Positions 55,625-64,000 of a stretch of 64,000 nucleotides of DNA are shown piece by piece (position 1 is the first letter of the stretch; each line of letters opens with the position of its first letter). The notes under the pieces are model-generated. The model made no database searches. It was not told the origin of the DNA and saw only the letters and a program-made list of their open reading frames with translations. This DNA is from Minisyncoccota bacterium (GTDB lineage: Bacteria > Patescibacteriota > Minisyncoccia > Phycocordibacterales > Zambryskibacteraceae): positions 15,338 through 79,337 of the forward strand of contig DATDVZ010000010.1 in assembly GCA_036517475.1 (NCBI GenBank). The letters run 5' to 3'. The position numbers and the translations under genes are program-made.

Positions 55625-56974
55625 ATGCCAGATCACAAAGAACTATGGAACTCCGTCCTGGTAGAAATGGAATTAAGTGTTTCCAAACCCAACTTTAACA
55701 CCTGGTTTAAAGACACCAATATCGTCCGACATGACGATAACACGGTTTATCTGGCTGTTCCTAACGCTTTTGTGAAAGAGTGGCTCCATAATAAATACCA
55801 CAACACAATATTGCGCCATATCCGTTCCATTGTGCCCTCCGTCCATTCAGTGGAATACATTATTACAAGGGAAGATGGTAAAAAAACCGAAACAAGGAGG
55901 GAAGAGATGTTGATTGCGCCCGTCCAAGAACTTCCTCTAAGCGATTATTACATCAACAAGGAGGATAATCTGAACCCCAGATACACATTTGAAAGTTTTA
56001 TAGTGGGTCCGTTCAATGAATTGGCACACGCTGCTTCCCAAGCTGTAATAAAAAAGCCGGGATTAACATATAACCCTCTTTTCATTTACGGAAATACGGG
56101 TCATGGCAAAACTCACCTCATACAGGCAGTTGGAAACCATATTAAAAACTTGTATAAGGATAAAAAAGTGATCTATGTTACCTCCGAAAAATTCGCTTCT
56201 GATGTGATAGGTGGAATTCAGAGCGGAAAAATTGCCCAAATCAAAGAAAAGTACAGAAAATATGATGTTTTAATCATGGATGACATCCAGTTTCTCTCCA
56301 GAACGGAAAAGACTCAGGAGGAGCTATTTCACCTCTTCAATACTCTTTTTGACAACAACAAACAAATTGTATTTTCTTCTGACAAACACCCCAATCTCAT
56401 ACCGGGAATAGAGGACCGCCTTAAAGGTAGATTTTCTGCAGGAATGACTGTAGATATTCCCGCCCCAGATCAGGATTCGCGAGCGGCAATAATAAAAGCC
56501 AAAACAACACAGAATAATTTCTCGCTTTCACAGGAAGTAATTGATTTTCTTGCTTTAAGTATTATTGGAAATATACGTGATCTGGAGGGGGTAATTAATC
56601 TCATAATCTGCCAGTCCCAACTTAAAGGTAGGGAACTCAGCCTCAATGAGGTCAAAAACACCATAAAGGCAAGCGCCAAACCAAAGAAGTCAGTGTCCAT
56701 TAAGGAGGTTGTTAAAATGGTCGCAGATTACTATAGAATCGAGGAAAACAACATTTACGAAAAAACCAGAAGAAAGGAAATAATAAAACCAAGACAAGTT
56801 GCTATGTATATATTAAGGGAGGATTTTAATATTTCTTACCCATCGATTGGACAGAAGTTGGGTGGTAGGGATCATACAACCGTAATTCACTCTTGTGAAA
56901 AAATCAAATCAGAAGTAAAAGATGATCAGATGCTGGCTCAAGAGATTGCACAACTACGTTCAATGATTGTTTAA
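55625..56974 (+). CDS. dnaA: chromosomal replication initiator DnaA
   Basis: 449 aa; AAA+ (GNTGHGKTHL), C-terminal DNA-binding domain. Confidence 0.95.
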   Translation: MPDHKELWNSVLVEMELSVSKPNFNTWFKDTNIVRHDDNTVYLAVPNAFVKEWLHNKYHNTILRHIRSIVPSVHSVEYIITREDGKKTETRREEMLIAPVQELPLSDYYINKEDNLNPRYTFESFIVGPFNELAHAASQAVIKKPGLTYNPLFIYGNTGHGKTHLIQAVGNHIKNLYKDKKVIYVTSEKFASDVIGGIQSGKIAQIKEKYRKYDVLIMDDIQFLSRTEKTQEELFHLFNTLFDNNKQIVFSSDKHPNLIPGIEDRLKGRFSAGMTVDIPAPDQDSRAAIIKAKTTQNNFSLSQEVIDFLALSIIGNIRDLEGVINLIICQSQLKGRELSLNEVKNTIKASAKPKKSVSIKEVVKMVADYYRIEENNIYEKTRRKEIIKPRQVAMYILREDFNISYPSIGQKLGGRDHTTVIHSCEKIKSEVKDDQMLAQEIAQLRSMIV

Positions 56975-57184
56975 AAGGTGTTGAATATTAAACTGATACT
57001 CTGTTGAAAATTACTAACAAAAAACCGATTTTAAAAATCAATGGGAAATTATTAACAATCAAAATTAATAGTAAACAGTTTATTAGTTTTGGTGGTGTTT
57101 GAATTGTGTTGTTATAAAACAATAAATATCATTTATCCACAAATCCACACAACTAAAAGTAGTAATAGTATTTATTTATAGAAA
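56975..57184 (+). promoter_or_regulatory. candidate oriC / DUE in the dnaA-dnaN spacer with DnaA boxes
   Basis: perfect TTATCCACA at 57133-57141, AAATCCACA at 57142-57150, very AT-rich flank. A further 1-mismatch box TTATCAACA lies at 55525-55533 upstream of dnaA. Confidence 0.55.
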
Positions 57185-58282
57185 ATGCATATTGAAACTA
57201 TAAAAGAAAAGTTACTTGATGCGGTATATAAAGCGGAAAAAATTACCGGTAGAAATATGGCCTTACAAATACTTTCAAATCTTGCAATTGAGGTATCTGG
57301 TTCTCAATTTAAAATAAAAGCTACAAATTTAGATCTTGGTTTGGAAATAATTGTGCCAGTTAAAGTAAAATCTCCCGGTAAAATCACAGTTTCTGCATTA
57401 ATACTTTCAAATTTTTTAGCAAACCTTCCAGTTGAGACAAAAATTGATATTCAAAGCAAGGAAAATGATGTTTTTATTCATACATCAAAAACCTCAACAA
57501 AAATTAAAAACCAGAATTTTTCCGATTTCCCCCTAATTCCAAAACTTGAAGGAAAGAAGTTTAAAATCGAGGCAAACTCAATTGTGAAAGGTTTAAAATC
57601 TGTTGTTTTCTCTGCTGCAACCTCATCAATAAAACCCGAGCTCTCAAGTATTAATATTTACCATGATGGTGAAAGTTTGGTTTTTGTTGCGACAGACTCA
57701 TTCCGACTCGCTGAAAAAAGAATCAAGACTACAAAAGCCAAGGAAATTAGCCAAATTTTAATACCTTTTAAAAATACCACTGATATTATTAGAATATTAG
57801 AGTCTGTTAATGGTGAATTAGATTTAACAATTTCCCAGAATCAAATATCGTTTAAAACTGATGAAATCTATCTGGTTTCAAGAGTTATTGAAGGGAATTT
57901 TCCAGATTATAAACAAATAATACCAAAAGAGACTAAAACTGAGGTTACTCTTTTGAAAGCTGACCTTCTTTCCGCACTTAAATTATCAAACGTTTTTTCT
58001 GACAGTTTCAATCAGGTTGTACTGAAAGTGATCCCAGATGAAAAATTATTTGAACTTACTACTAAAAATTCAGATGTTGGGGAAAATCACTATACACTTG
58101 ATTCTGTAATGAAAGGTGATGAAATTACTCTCGGTTTTAACCATAAATACATCGCCGACTGCCTTAACTCAATTGATTCTGACAGTATAACTCTTTCATT
58201 TGTTGGTCCGGGCAAACCCGTAATGATCAAGGGTGTTTCAGATAAGTCATTTTTATATATAGTAATGCCAATGAATAGATGA
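57185..58282 (+). CDS. dnaN: DNA polymerase III beta sliding clamp
   Basis: 365 aa, three-domain clamp, dnaA-dnaN order. Confidence 0.9.
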   Translation: MHIETIKEKLLDAVYKAEKITGRNMALQILSNLAIEVSGSQFKIKATNLDLGLEIIVPVKVKSPGKITVSALILSNFLANLPVETKIDIQSKENDVFIHTSKTSTKIKNQNFSDFPLIPKLEGKKFKIEANSIVKGLKSVVFSAATSSIKPELSSINIYHDGESLVFVATDSFRLAEKRIKTTKAKEISQILIPFKNTTDIIRILESVNGELDLTISQNQISFKTDEIYLVSRVIEGNFPDYKQIIPKETKTEVTLLKADLLSALKLSNVFSDSFNQVVLKVIPDEKLFELTTKNSDVGENHYTLDSVMKGDEITLGFNHKYIADCLNSIDSDSITLSFVGPGKPVMIKGVSDKSFLYIVMPMNR

Positions 58283-58537
58283 GTGATGAAGGATATAAGT
58301 GAATATTTAAAAAAGTTCAGGAGAATTATTTCTTCAGGAGATGAGGAGCGGGAAATAATATCAAAAGAAATTTCAGGAAAAGTAAATATAAAAATAATGC
58401 CAGCTGAAATTGATTTTCATGGCGGAATAGTTTATTTAAGTGTAAAACCAGCAGTCAGAAGCGAAATTTATATTAACAAAACAGAAATCATTAATGAATT
58501 ATTAAGGAAAGGATTAAATGTGAGTGACCTAAGGTAG
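58283..58537 (+). CDS. DUF721-like (DciA-like) small protein
   Basis: 84 aa, position immediately after dnaN, IVYLSVKPAVRSEIYINKTEII pattern. Confidence 0.35.
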   Translation: MMKDISEYLKKFRRIISSGDEEREIISKEISGKVNIKIMPAEIDFHGGIVYLSVKPAVRSEIYINKTEIINELLRKGLNVSDLR

Positions 58538-61060
58538 ATTAACCAAAAAAGTTATGACACTTTCACCTTTATTATAAATTTCATCATACAAAACCACCCT
58601 TAGACTGTTTTGTTTTTGAATAAAGGTTAAATTTTCCGGTATAAACGAAAACCTTAAAGGGATCGTAGTACTTTCTCCCAAATAACTGCCGTTTAGATAA
58701 AATTCTGCTTTTTTAATCCTATATCTTGATTCCCCCTGAACTAAAATGTCAATATTTTGATTTATATTGTAAACATCATTGTTTTTTGGGTTAAAAATAA
58801 TTACTTTAGGGGAAGATTGTGGATTGTGTATATCGTCATTTTCTGTAGGAATCATTGGGTTTATTGGTGGTGTATAACCAGTTTGTTTCAAGTATGTCTG
58901 TACGCCATATTCCCATCTTTCAAACTGTTGATCCTCGGCTGGATTACTCGGTTTCTGACCCCTTGGGTCATTCTTTTTAAGCCAATAAAGAATACTATGA
59001 ACCCCACCATCTAGAATTTCCTGGATAACTTCCCTTGGTGTATCTGCGGTTGCAAGTTTTCCTGAAACTGAATCTATCAGGTTTGAAAATCCACCCTGCC
59101 ATTTACCTCTTAATACTGGTTTTAAATCGTATGAATCTATGACCTGTGGCTCGGGGAAAAATTCCGGCGTAGTAGTTGCGAGGATTTTATCCATAAAGAC
59201 TCTCCACATCGGAGCCACTATGAGTCCTGAAATCTTTTTTTCCATCGGTGAGTTGTCATTATTTCCTGCCCAAGCACCCAGTGCCACAGAGGGTGTATAT
59301 CCGATTATCCAAGCATCTCTATAATCATTTGTTGTACCGGTTTTAACCGCCACATCTCTACTCTCAAAATTTATTACTGAACTCGGCCCGTAAAGAGGAG
59401 ACCTTGCCACATTATCGGAAAGAATACTTGAAATTTTTAAAGCAATCTCCTTTTCTAAAACTTGGTTTGGCGCTCTCTTCCATTCTTCCAAAATATTATC
59501 GCTTTTGTCTTTAACCTCAATTATTGAATGGTGGGGGTTTCGGACTCCTTCGTTTGCAAAAACTCCGTAGCCACTCACAATATCAAGAAGTGAAACCTCA
59601 CCACCCCCCAATACAAGCGTTAATCCATATTGATCGGCTACTCCCAAACTCTCTATTCCCATATTTTTTGCAAGTGAAATGGAATCTCTTATACCAGCAA
59701 GGTAGAGAGTCTTAACAGAAGTAACGTTAACCGACTGAGCGAGAGAGTCTCTCATTGAAATAGGCCCTCTGAATTTCTCGTCATAATTATCAGGTGAGTA
59801 ACATGGAAAAATTTTTGAAAAATCATCCGGCCGGCACTCGGAGGAGAATTGGGTTCTTACGTCAAATACCACCGTTTCTGGGGTATATCCTTTTTGAAAT
59901 GCCTTTGCGTATACGAATGGTTTAAAAGCTGAACCAGGCTGACGGTGAGCGGTTGCCACATTGAAGTTACCATCAATTTCTTTGTCAAAATAATCTCTGG
60001 AACCGACCATACTAAGAATTCCACCAGTTTTTGGGTCAATTGCTACGAATGCCGCGTTTTCGGCATTAAAACTGACTTTGTTCTTCAGGGCGTATTCCTT
60101 TGCAATTTCCTCTCCCTGTTTTTGTATTGCATAATCAAGAGTTGTTTTTACTCGCAACCCGCCATCTCTTACTGTTTCCTCTCCGTATTTTTTATTGAGT
60201 TCCTCTAAAACAAAAAATACAAAGTGCGGAGCTTTAATACCCGATGTTTCTCTTGGTTTGAACTGCACTTCTTCAGATAAAGCTTCTTTATATTCATTTT
60301 CATCTATAAAACCATTGCGAAGCATTTCTGAGAGCACAAGATTTTTACGCTCCTCCAACCTGTCTCTATGAGTACCATAAGGTGAATAGAAGGTTGGTGC
60401 CTGAGGCAGTGCCGCAAGATATGCCGACTCTGCTACAGAGAGTTCTGATGCACTCTTGCCCAAGAAAGCCAGGCTTGCTTCCTCAATCCCATAAAGATTG
60501 CCCCCGTATGGAATTTCATTCAGGTAAAGATATAAAATTTCATCCTTGGAAATAACTTTCTCGAGCTTTATGGCAATAAAAACCTCTTTTATTTTTCTTG
60601 TTATGGTTTTTTTTGGAGAAAGCAAAGAAACTTTTACCACCTGTTGGGTTATTGTTGACCCCCCCTGACTGAACCCAAGACTTGTTGTGTTTGCGAAAAA
60701 CGCTCTTAAAATTGACTTGATTTGAATTCCGTTATGCTCGTAAAATTCCCGATCCTCAATTGCAATGGTGGCATTTTTTGTATTCCTTGAAATTTTGTCA
60801 AAAGGAACAACTGTTCTTCTTATATCCTGATTGACATCATATAAAAGCACCTCGCCTGTACGGTCATAAATTTTTGTTGATTCAACGACTTTTCTTTTGG
60901 CAAATGAATCAAGAGCTGGTATTTCAAAAGTAGAAACCCAAAGAAAAAAAATCCCACCAAAAAATATTATTACTGAAACCACCAACATAAAAAGGTGTTT
61001 TCTGCTTAAACTGCGAAACTCTCTAATTATTTTTTTTGATTTACTTATATACCAAGACAT
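58529..61060 (-). CDS. class A penicillin-binding protein (glycosyltransferase + transpeptidase) with C-terminal extension
   Basis: 843 aa; GT51 motifs EDREFYEHNG, GGSTITQQ; SAFKPFVY (SxxK), SxN, KTG. Confidence 0.85.
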   Translation of the reverse strand: MSWYISKSKKIIREFRSLSRKHLFMLVVSVIIFFGGIFFLWVSTFEIPALDSFAKRKVVESTKIYDRTGEVLLYDVNQDIRRTVVPFDKISRNTKNATIAIEDREFYEHNGIQIKSILRAFFANTTSLGFSQGGSTITQQVVKVSLLSPKKTITRKIKEVFIAIKLEKVISKDEILYLYLNEIPYGGNLYGIEEASLAFLGKSASELSVAESAYLAALPQAPTFYSPYGTHRDRLEERKNLVLSEMLRNGFIDENEYKEALSEEVQFKPRETSGIKAPHFVFFVLEELNKKYGEETVRDGGLRVKTTLDYAIQKQGEEIAKEYALKNKVSFNAENAAFVAIDPKTGGILSMVGSRDYFDKEIDGNFNVATAHRQPGSAFKPFVYAKAFQKGYTPETVVFDVRTQFSSECRPDDFSKIFPCYSPDNYDEKFRGPISMRDSLAQSVNVTSVKTLYLAGIRDSISLAKNMGIESLGVADQYGLTLVLGGGEVSLLDIVSGYGVFANEGVRNPHHSIIEVKDKSDNILEEWKRAPNQVLEKEIALKISSILSDNVARSPLYGPSSVINFESRDVAVKTGTTNDYRDAWIIGYTPSVALGAWAGNNDNSPMEKKISGLIVAPMWRVFMDKILATTTPEFFPEPQVIDSYDLKPVLRGKWQGGFSNLIDSVSGKLATADTPREVIQEILDGGVHSILYWLKKNDPRGQKPSNPAEDQQFERWEYGVQTYLKQTGYTPPINPMIPTENDDIHNPQSSPKVIIFNPKNNDVYNINQNIDILVQGESRYRIKKAEFYLNGSYLGESTTIPLRFSFIPENLTFIQKQNSLRVVLYDEIYNKGESVITFLVNLP

Positions 61061-61135
61061 AAGTTTTTTCTGGCAAGGACTACTATAACATAATTATATG
61101 TTCCAAATTAGAAAATTTATGTTAGATTAATTGGG

Positions 61136-62512
61136 ATGAAAACATCTGATGAAACGGAGGATTTGTTGAGGCGGGGCGTGGCTGAGTTTGTTGATCCTGA
61201 AGATAAATTCAAAAACAAACTCCGTAACAGCCCGGATAAGGTAATTATAAAACTCGGGGTTGACCCGACTAAGCCTGACATTCATTTGGGTCATGCTGTT
61301 GTTCTGCGGAAACTTCGCCAGTTCCAGAATCTAGGATGCAAGGTGGTTTTTCTGATAGGGGATTACACTGCCCAAATAGGCGATCCCAGCGGAACAAGTA
61401 AAACCAGACCTGATCTTGAACAGAAAGAAATCGAGATAAATGCTAAAACCTATATTGATCAAGTTGGAAAAATTTTAAGCACAGATGCCAAGGTTTTTTC
61501 ATGGATTAGGAATTCTGATTGGTTCTACAGCGCATCAGATCTCACACCTGATCCGAACATCAAAACAATAGATTTGGAAATCAACAAATCTTCAGGAAAA
61601 GAAAAAATTTCACTCCAACCGGAATCTTTTTTAGGCAAATCAATTTTCTATGAAAGCACTAGAATGCAAACAAGCCACCTAAAAAAGAAGGAAATTGTCT
61701 CGGTTACTCTGCGAGGTCTTTTGTGGACTCTCAAACACCTTACACATTCTCGCCTTATCAGCAGGGATATGTTTCAGGAGCGCCTTAAAAAAGGAGACGA
61801 GCTTTATATGCATGAAGTACTCTATCCCGTTCTTCAGGGCATAGACTCATATGCCATTGCTAAAATTTACGGGTCGTGCGATTTAGAGGTTGGCGGCACT
61901 GATCAGGTTTTTAATATGCTTTTGGGCCGCGACATAATGAAAGACAATGGCGTAGAACCGCAGTCGGTTTTAGCCTTCGAAATTCTTACCGGAACTGACG
62001 GCAAGGAGAAAATGTCAAAAAGTCTGGGCAATTTCGTGGGTATTACCGAAAAACCAGATGAAATGTTCGGGAAAATCATGTCCATGCCGGACTATTTGAT
62101 AGTTAAATATTTTAATCTCTGCACTTACACCCCCCTGAAAGATATTGAGAACATTCAAAAGGAAATGGAGAGTGGTAATCCACGAGATTTTAAGTTACGG
62201 TTGGCAAAAGAAATTGTTGAAATTTATCACGGCAAAGGGGCTGCAGAGGAAGCAAATAAATTTTTTATTGAGACCTTCAGTAAGGGGAGCATCCCCCAGA
62301 ATATTCAGGAAATTGAAATTAAAAATGGGGAACTACTTTCAGAGACAATGGTTAGATCGGGTCTGGTTTCATCAAAAAGTGAGCTTCGCCGCTTGTTTGA
62401 GGGCGGAGCAGTTGAAAATCTTGATAGAAAGGAAGTTATAAACAAGACAGACACAAAAGCTCTATCAGGGACCTACCGAATCGGCAAAAAGAAATTTTTA
62501 AGACTCAAGTAA
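61136..62512 (+). CDS. tyrS: tyrosyl-tRNA synthetase
   Basis: 458 aa; HLGH (HIGH), GDYTAQIGDPSG, KMSKS, C-terminal S4-like domain; about 90-aa insertion. Confidence 0.85.
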   Translation: MKTSDETEDLLRRGVAEFVDPEDKFKNKLRNSPDKVIIKLGVDPTKPDIHLGHAVVLRKLRQFQNLGCKVVFLIGDYTAQIGDPSGTSKTRPDLEQKEIEINAKTYIDQVGKILSTDAKVFSWIRNSDWFYSASDLTPDPNIKTIDLEINKSSGKEKISLQPESFLGKSIFYESTRMQTSHLKKKEIVSVTLRGLLWTLKHLTHSRLISRDMFQERLKKGDELYMHEVLYPVLQGIDSYAIAKIYGSCDLEVGGTDQVFNMLLGRDIMKDNGVEPQSVLAFEILTGTDGKEKMSKSLGNFVGITEKPDEMFGKIMSMPDYLIVKYFNLCTYTPLKDIENIQKEMESGNPRDFKLRLAKEIVEIYHGKGAAEEANKFFIETFSKGSIPQNIQEIEIKNGELLSETMVRSGLVSSKSELRRLFEGGAVENLDRKEVINKTDTKALSGTYRIGKKKFLRLK

Positions 62513-62525
62513 ACAAAAATTGTAA

Positions 62526-62562
62526 ACAAAAAACAATGTCAGCTGACATTGTTTTTTGTTAT
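62526..62562. terminator. bidirectional terminator, perfect palindrome aacaatgtcag/ctgacattgtt flanked by A- and T-runs
   Basis: seen directly. Confidence 0.75.
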
Positions 62563-62762
62563 TAAATAGGTCCCTTTTCTTCTCCCATATCCTCAACCTC
62601 AGCTTCTACTTCTTCATCTTCTTCATCGTCTTCAACTTCATCTCCTACCAATTCTCCATCATCCACAAGAGAATCATCTTTTTGATCGTCCATATTCATT
62701 ATTTTTTTACTTTTAATTTCCGCATTTATACGAACCCACTTACCCCGTAAGATTATCATCAC
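62562..62762 (-). CDS. small highly acidic protein (Asp/Glu-rich)
   Basis: 66 aa; low complexity, doubtful. Confidence 0.3.
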   Translation of the reverse strand: MMIILRGKWVRINAEIKSKKIMNMDDQKDDSLVDDGELVGDEVEDDEEDEEVEAEVEDMGEEKGPI

Positions 62763-62981
62763 ACAAAATCAATTTGATGAAATAATTTTGAGACTGATAT
62801 TTATTCCGCTCAGAATTATTTTTTTAATTATCATTCTGGGGTAAGGATTCCATATTTGTACCAGATCATTTGGTCTTTGCAAGTGGTCAAAAATTATTCT
62901 GTGGAAAACCTCGTAGTAGATTTTACCCTAGCAACCAAGGTGTAATGATAAAACAAGGGCAGTTCACTCGGGCGGAAAACT

Positions 62982-63461
62982 CTATATAGACAGCCTGTTA
63001 GTTGCAAGATGCGTCAGAGCAATAGCTATGGCATCATACTCGTCGTCGTATTTTGGCAGTTTTGATACTTTCGTCAACCTTTTTACCATATTTGTAACCT
63101 GACTTTTATCTGCTCTGCCATAGCCTGTTATAGCAATTTTTATTTCAAGTGGCGTATATTCGCTTACATCAATACCTTTTTTTGAAGCTGCTCTAATAAT
63201 TGCTCCCCGTGCCTCGGAAACTTTCATAGCAGTTTTTTGGTTGCTGTTGAAAAAAAGTGTTTCAATACTCATTGAGTCTGGTCTATACTGATCAATCAAT
63301 TTCTCAACCTCGCTGCAGATTTCCTCAAGACGCTGTGAATGGGCCGATTTTCTAGAAGTTGTTATGCAGTCTGAAAAAACCAGAATTTCTTCGCTTCTAT
63401 CCTTGTCAACTATCGCAACTCCCACTCTCTCGTATCCGGGATCAATTCCTAGAACTCTCAT
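62982..63461 (-). CDS. ruvC: Holliday junction resolvase RuvC
   Basis: 159 aa; MRVLGIDPGYERVGVAIVD. Confidence 0.85.
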   Translation of the reverse strand: MRVLGIDPGYERVGVAIVDKDRSEEILVFSDCITTSRKSAHSQRLEEICSEVEKLIDQYRPDSMSIETLFFNSNQKTAMKVSEARGAIIRAASKKGIDVSEYTPLEIKIAITGYGRADKSQVTNMVKRLTKVSKLPKYDDEYDAIAIALTHLATNRLSI

Positions 63462-63504
63462 AAATTAACTTTACCACTTACAACCTATAACCAACAACCT
63501 CAAC
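63462..63504 (-). repeat. heptamer array 5' of ruvC on the minus strand (gttgagg ttgttgg ttatagg ttgtaag tggtaaa gttaatt-t-ATG)
   Basis: GGTT/TTG core at 7-nt spacing. Arm ccacttacaac (63470-63480) is inverted against gttgtaagtt (63518-63527). Confidence 0.45.
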
Positions 63505-63536
63505 TATATTCAAGTCGTTTGTTGTAAGTTGTCTAT

Positions 63537-64000
63537 TTATTCTGCATTCGTATAGACTTCCTGTACCTCATCATTATCTTCTAAATCATCAAGTAACTGT
63601 GAAAGTTTATTTCCATCTTCCTCCGACAAGGCAATGGAGTTTTTTGCAGTCCAGCTACTACCAGATTTTTCAAAAGCCCAAGTTGCCGAACCCATTCCAG
63701 CAAGCGATAACCCGTGTTCTCCCAGAATATGTTTTATTTCCTGTGATGCTTTATTACGGTTTGAAGTAAGAGCCTCAACTATTATGGCGCACCCGCCTGG
63801 TCCGTATGTTTCGTAAATCACAGTTTCAAGATTTTCTTTAATATCAGAAGCTTTTTTGATTGCTCTCTCTATGTTTTCATTGGGAACATTTGCGGCGCGG
63901 GCTTTCTCTACTGCCGTCTTAACGGTGGGAGAATTTGATCCCCCAATTTTTACTTCAGTAGAAATAGCACGCAGGAGTTTTCCAAAAATCTTACTTTTCT
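63537..64000 (-). CDS. YebC/PmpR-family (DUF28) transcriptional regulator, C-terminal part (5' end beyond the window)
   Basis: ...NVPNENIERAIKKASD...VIYETYGPGGCAIIVEALTSNRNKASQEIKHIL...; frame open to 64000; the ORF-track start is an internal GTG. Confidence 0.8.
   Translation of the reverse strand, partial: KSKIFGKLLRAISTEVKIGGSNSPTVKTAVEKARAANVPNENIERAIKKASDIKENLETVIYETYGPGGCAIIVEALTSNRNKASQEIKHILGEHGLSLAGMGSATWAFEKSGSSWTAKNSIALSEEDGNKLSQLLDDLEDNDEVQEVYTNAE

Overview
This is an AT-rich (roughly 35% GC) bacterial chromosome segment that looks like a reduced CPR/Patescibacteria-type genome: small housekeeping gene set, few Shine-Dalgarno sequences, TAA-dominated stops. All calls come from reading the six-frame translations and the DNA by eye. 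No similarity search, HMM or RNA-folding tool was run, so family names are recognitions of motifs and architecture, not database hits. The ORF track appears to accept GTG/TTG starts, so some starts were moved to the first plausible ATG.

Content, left to right:
- 1-13.2 kb, housekeeping: comM/yifB-like (partial), DksA/TraR-like, NYN domain, rpsO, a Xer-type recombinase, xth, exbD, nusA, rsmE, clpP, rny, hup.
- 13.2-16.2 kb, a minus-strand island of six tRNA genes: Gly-GCC, Pro-GGG, Pro-UGG, Pro-CGG, Gly-UCC, Arg-UCG. None encodes CCA. They alternate with four protein genes with only 2-3 nt gaps at two of the junctions, and the cca gene sits next door.
- 18-24.4 kb: a lipoprotein HEXXH metalloprotease and a 1375-aa surface protein with seven PKD repeats plus an FN3 domain, including near-identical internal duplications.
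- 24.5 kb: a GIY-YIG nuclease gene carrying an in-frame TGA with an apparently intact C-terminus after it.
- 24.8-31.2 kb, a type IV pilus operon: pilB, pilC, three prepilin-like genes and a large PilX-like minor pilin.
- 31.2-39.2 kb: tpiA, pgk, a HIT protein, recJ, an RNase HI with a C-terminal hybrid-binding domain, comEC, rsmA.
- 40.8-54.0 kb: a co-directional cluster of secreted and membrane proteins around a VirB4-type ATPase. This is a T4SS-like or conjugation-like apparatus. The VirB4 gene is split into two ORFs by an inverted heptamer-repeat spacer. There is also a VirB6-like polytopic protein, a VirB3-like protein, a VirB2-like hairpin fused to an M15-type cell-wall peptidase, and an embedded four-helix-bundle gene.
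- 54.1-58.3 kb, the origin region: yidC, rnpA, rpmH (unannotated, 44 aa) on the minus strand, dnaA and dnaN on the plus strand, with a perfect DnaA box in the dnaA-dnaN spacer.
- Then PBP1A, tyrS, ruvC and yebC (partial).

The most unusual sequence-level signal is several families of tandem degenerate heptanucleotide arrays:
- (ATGTTCY)n / (RGAACAT)n at five intergenic sites, four of them inside the T4SS-like cluster, overlapping both the stop codons (TAG inside CATAGAA) and the start codons of flanking genes.
- (AGCTNNN)3-4 directly 5' of the start codons of xth, the clpP leader ORF and the 19748 gene.
- Similar arrays 5' of rpmH and ruvC.

Other signals: a GC-rich (about 60% GC) 190-bp islet at 4.63-4.88 kb with its own sigma70 promoter, SD and terminator (either an Arg-rich 49-aa protein or a structured RNA); a promoter-to-terminator candidate sRNA at 17.76-18.05 kb; a clpP leader that duplicates the clpP start; a structured repeat-containing spacer after nusA. 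No CRISPR array, rRNA or obvious IS element is present.
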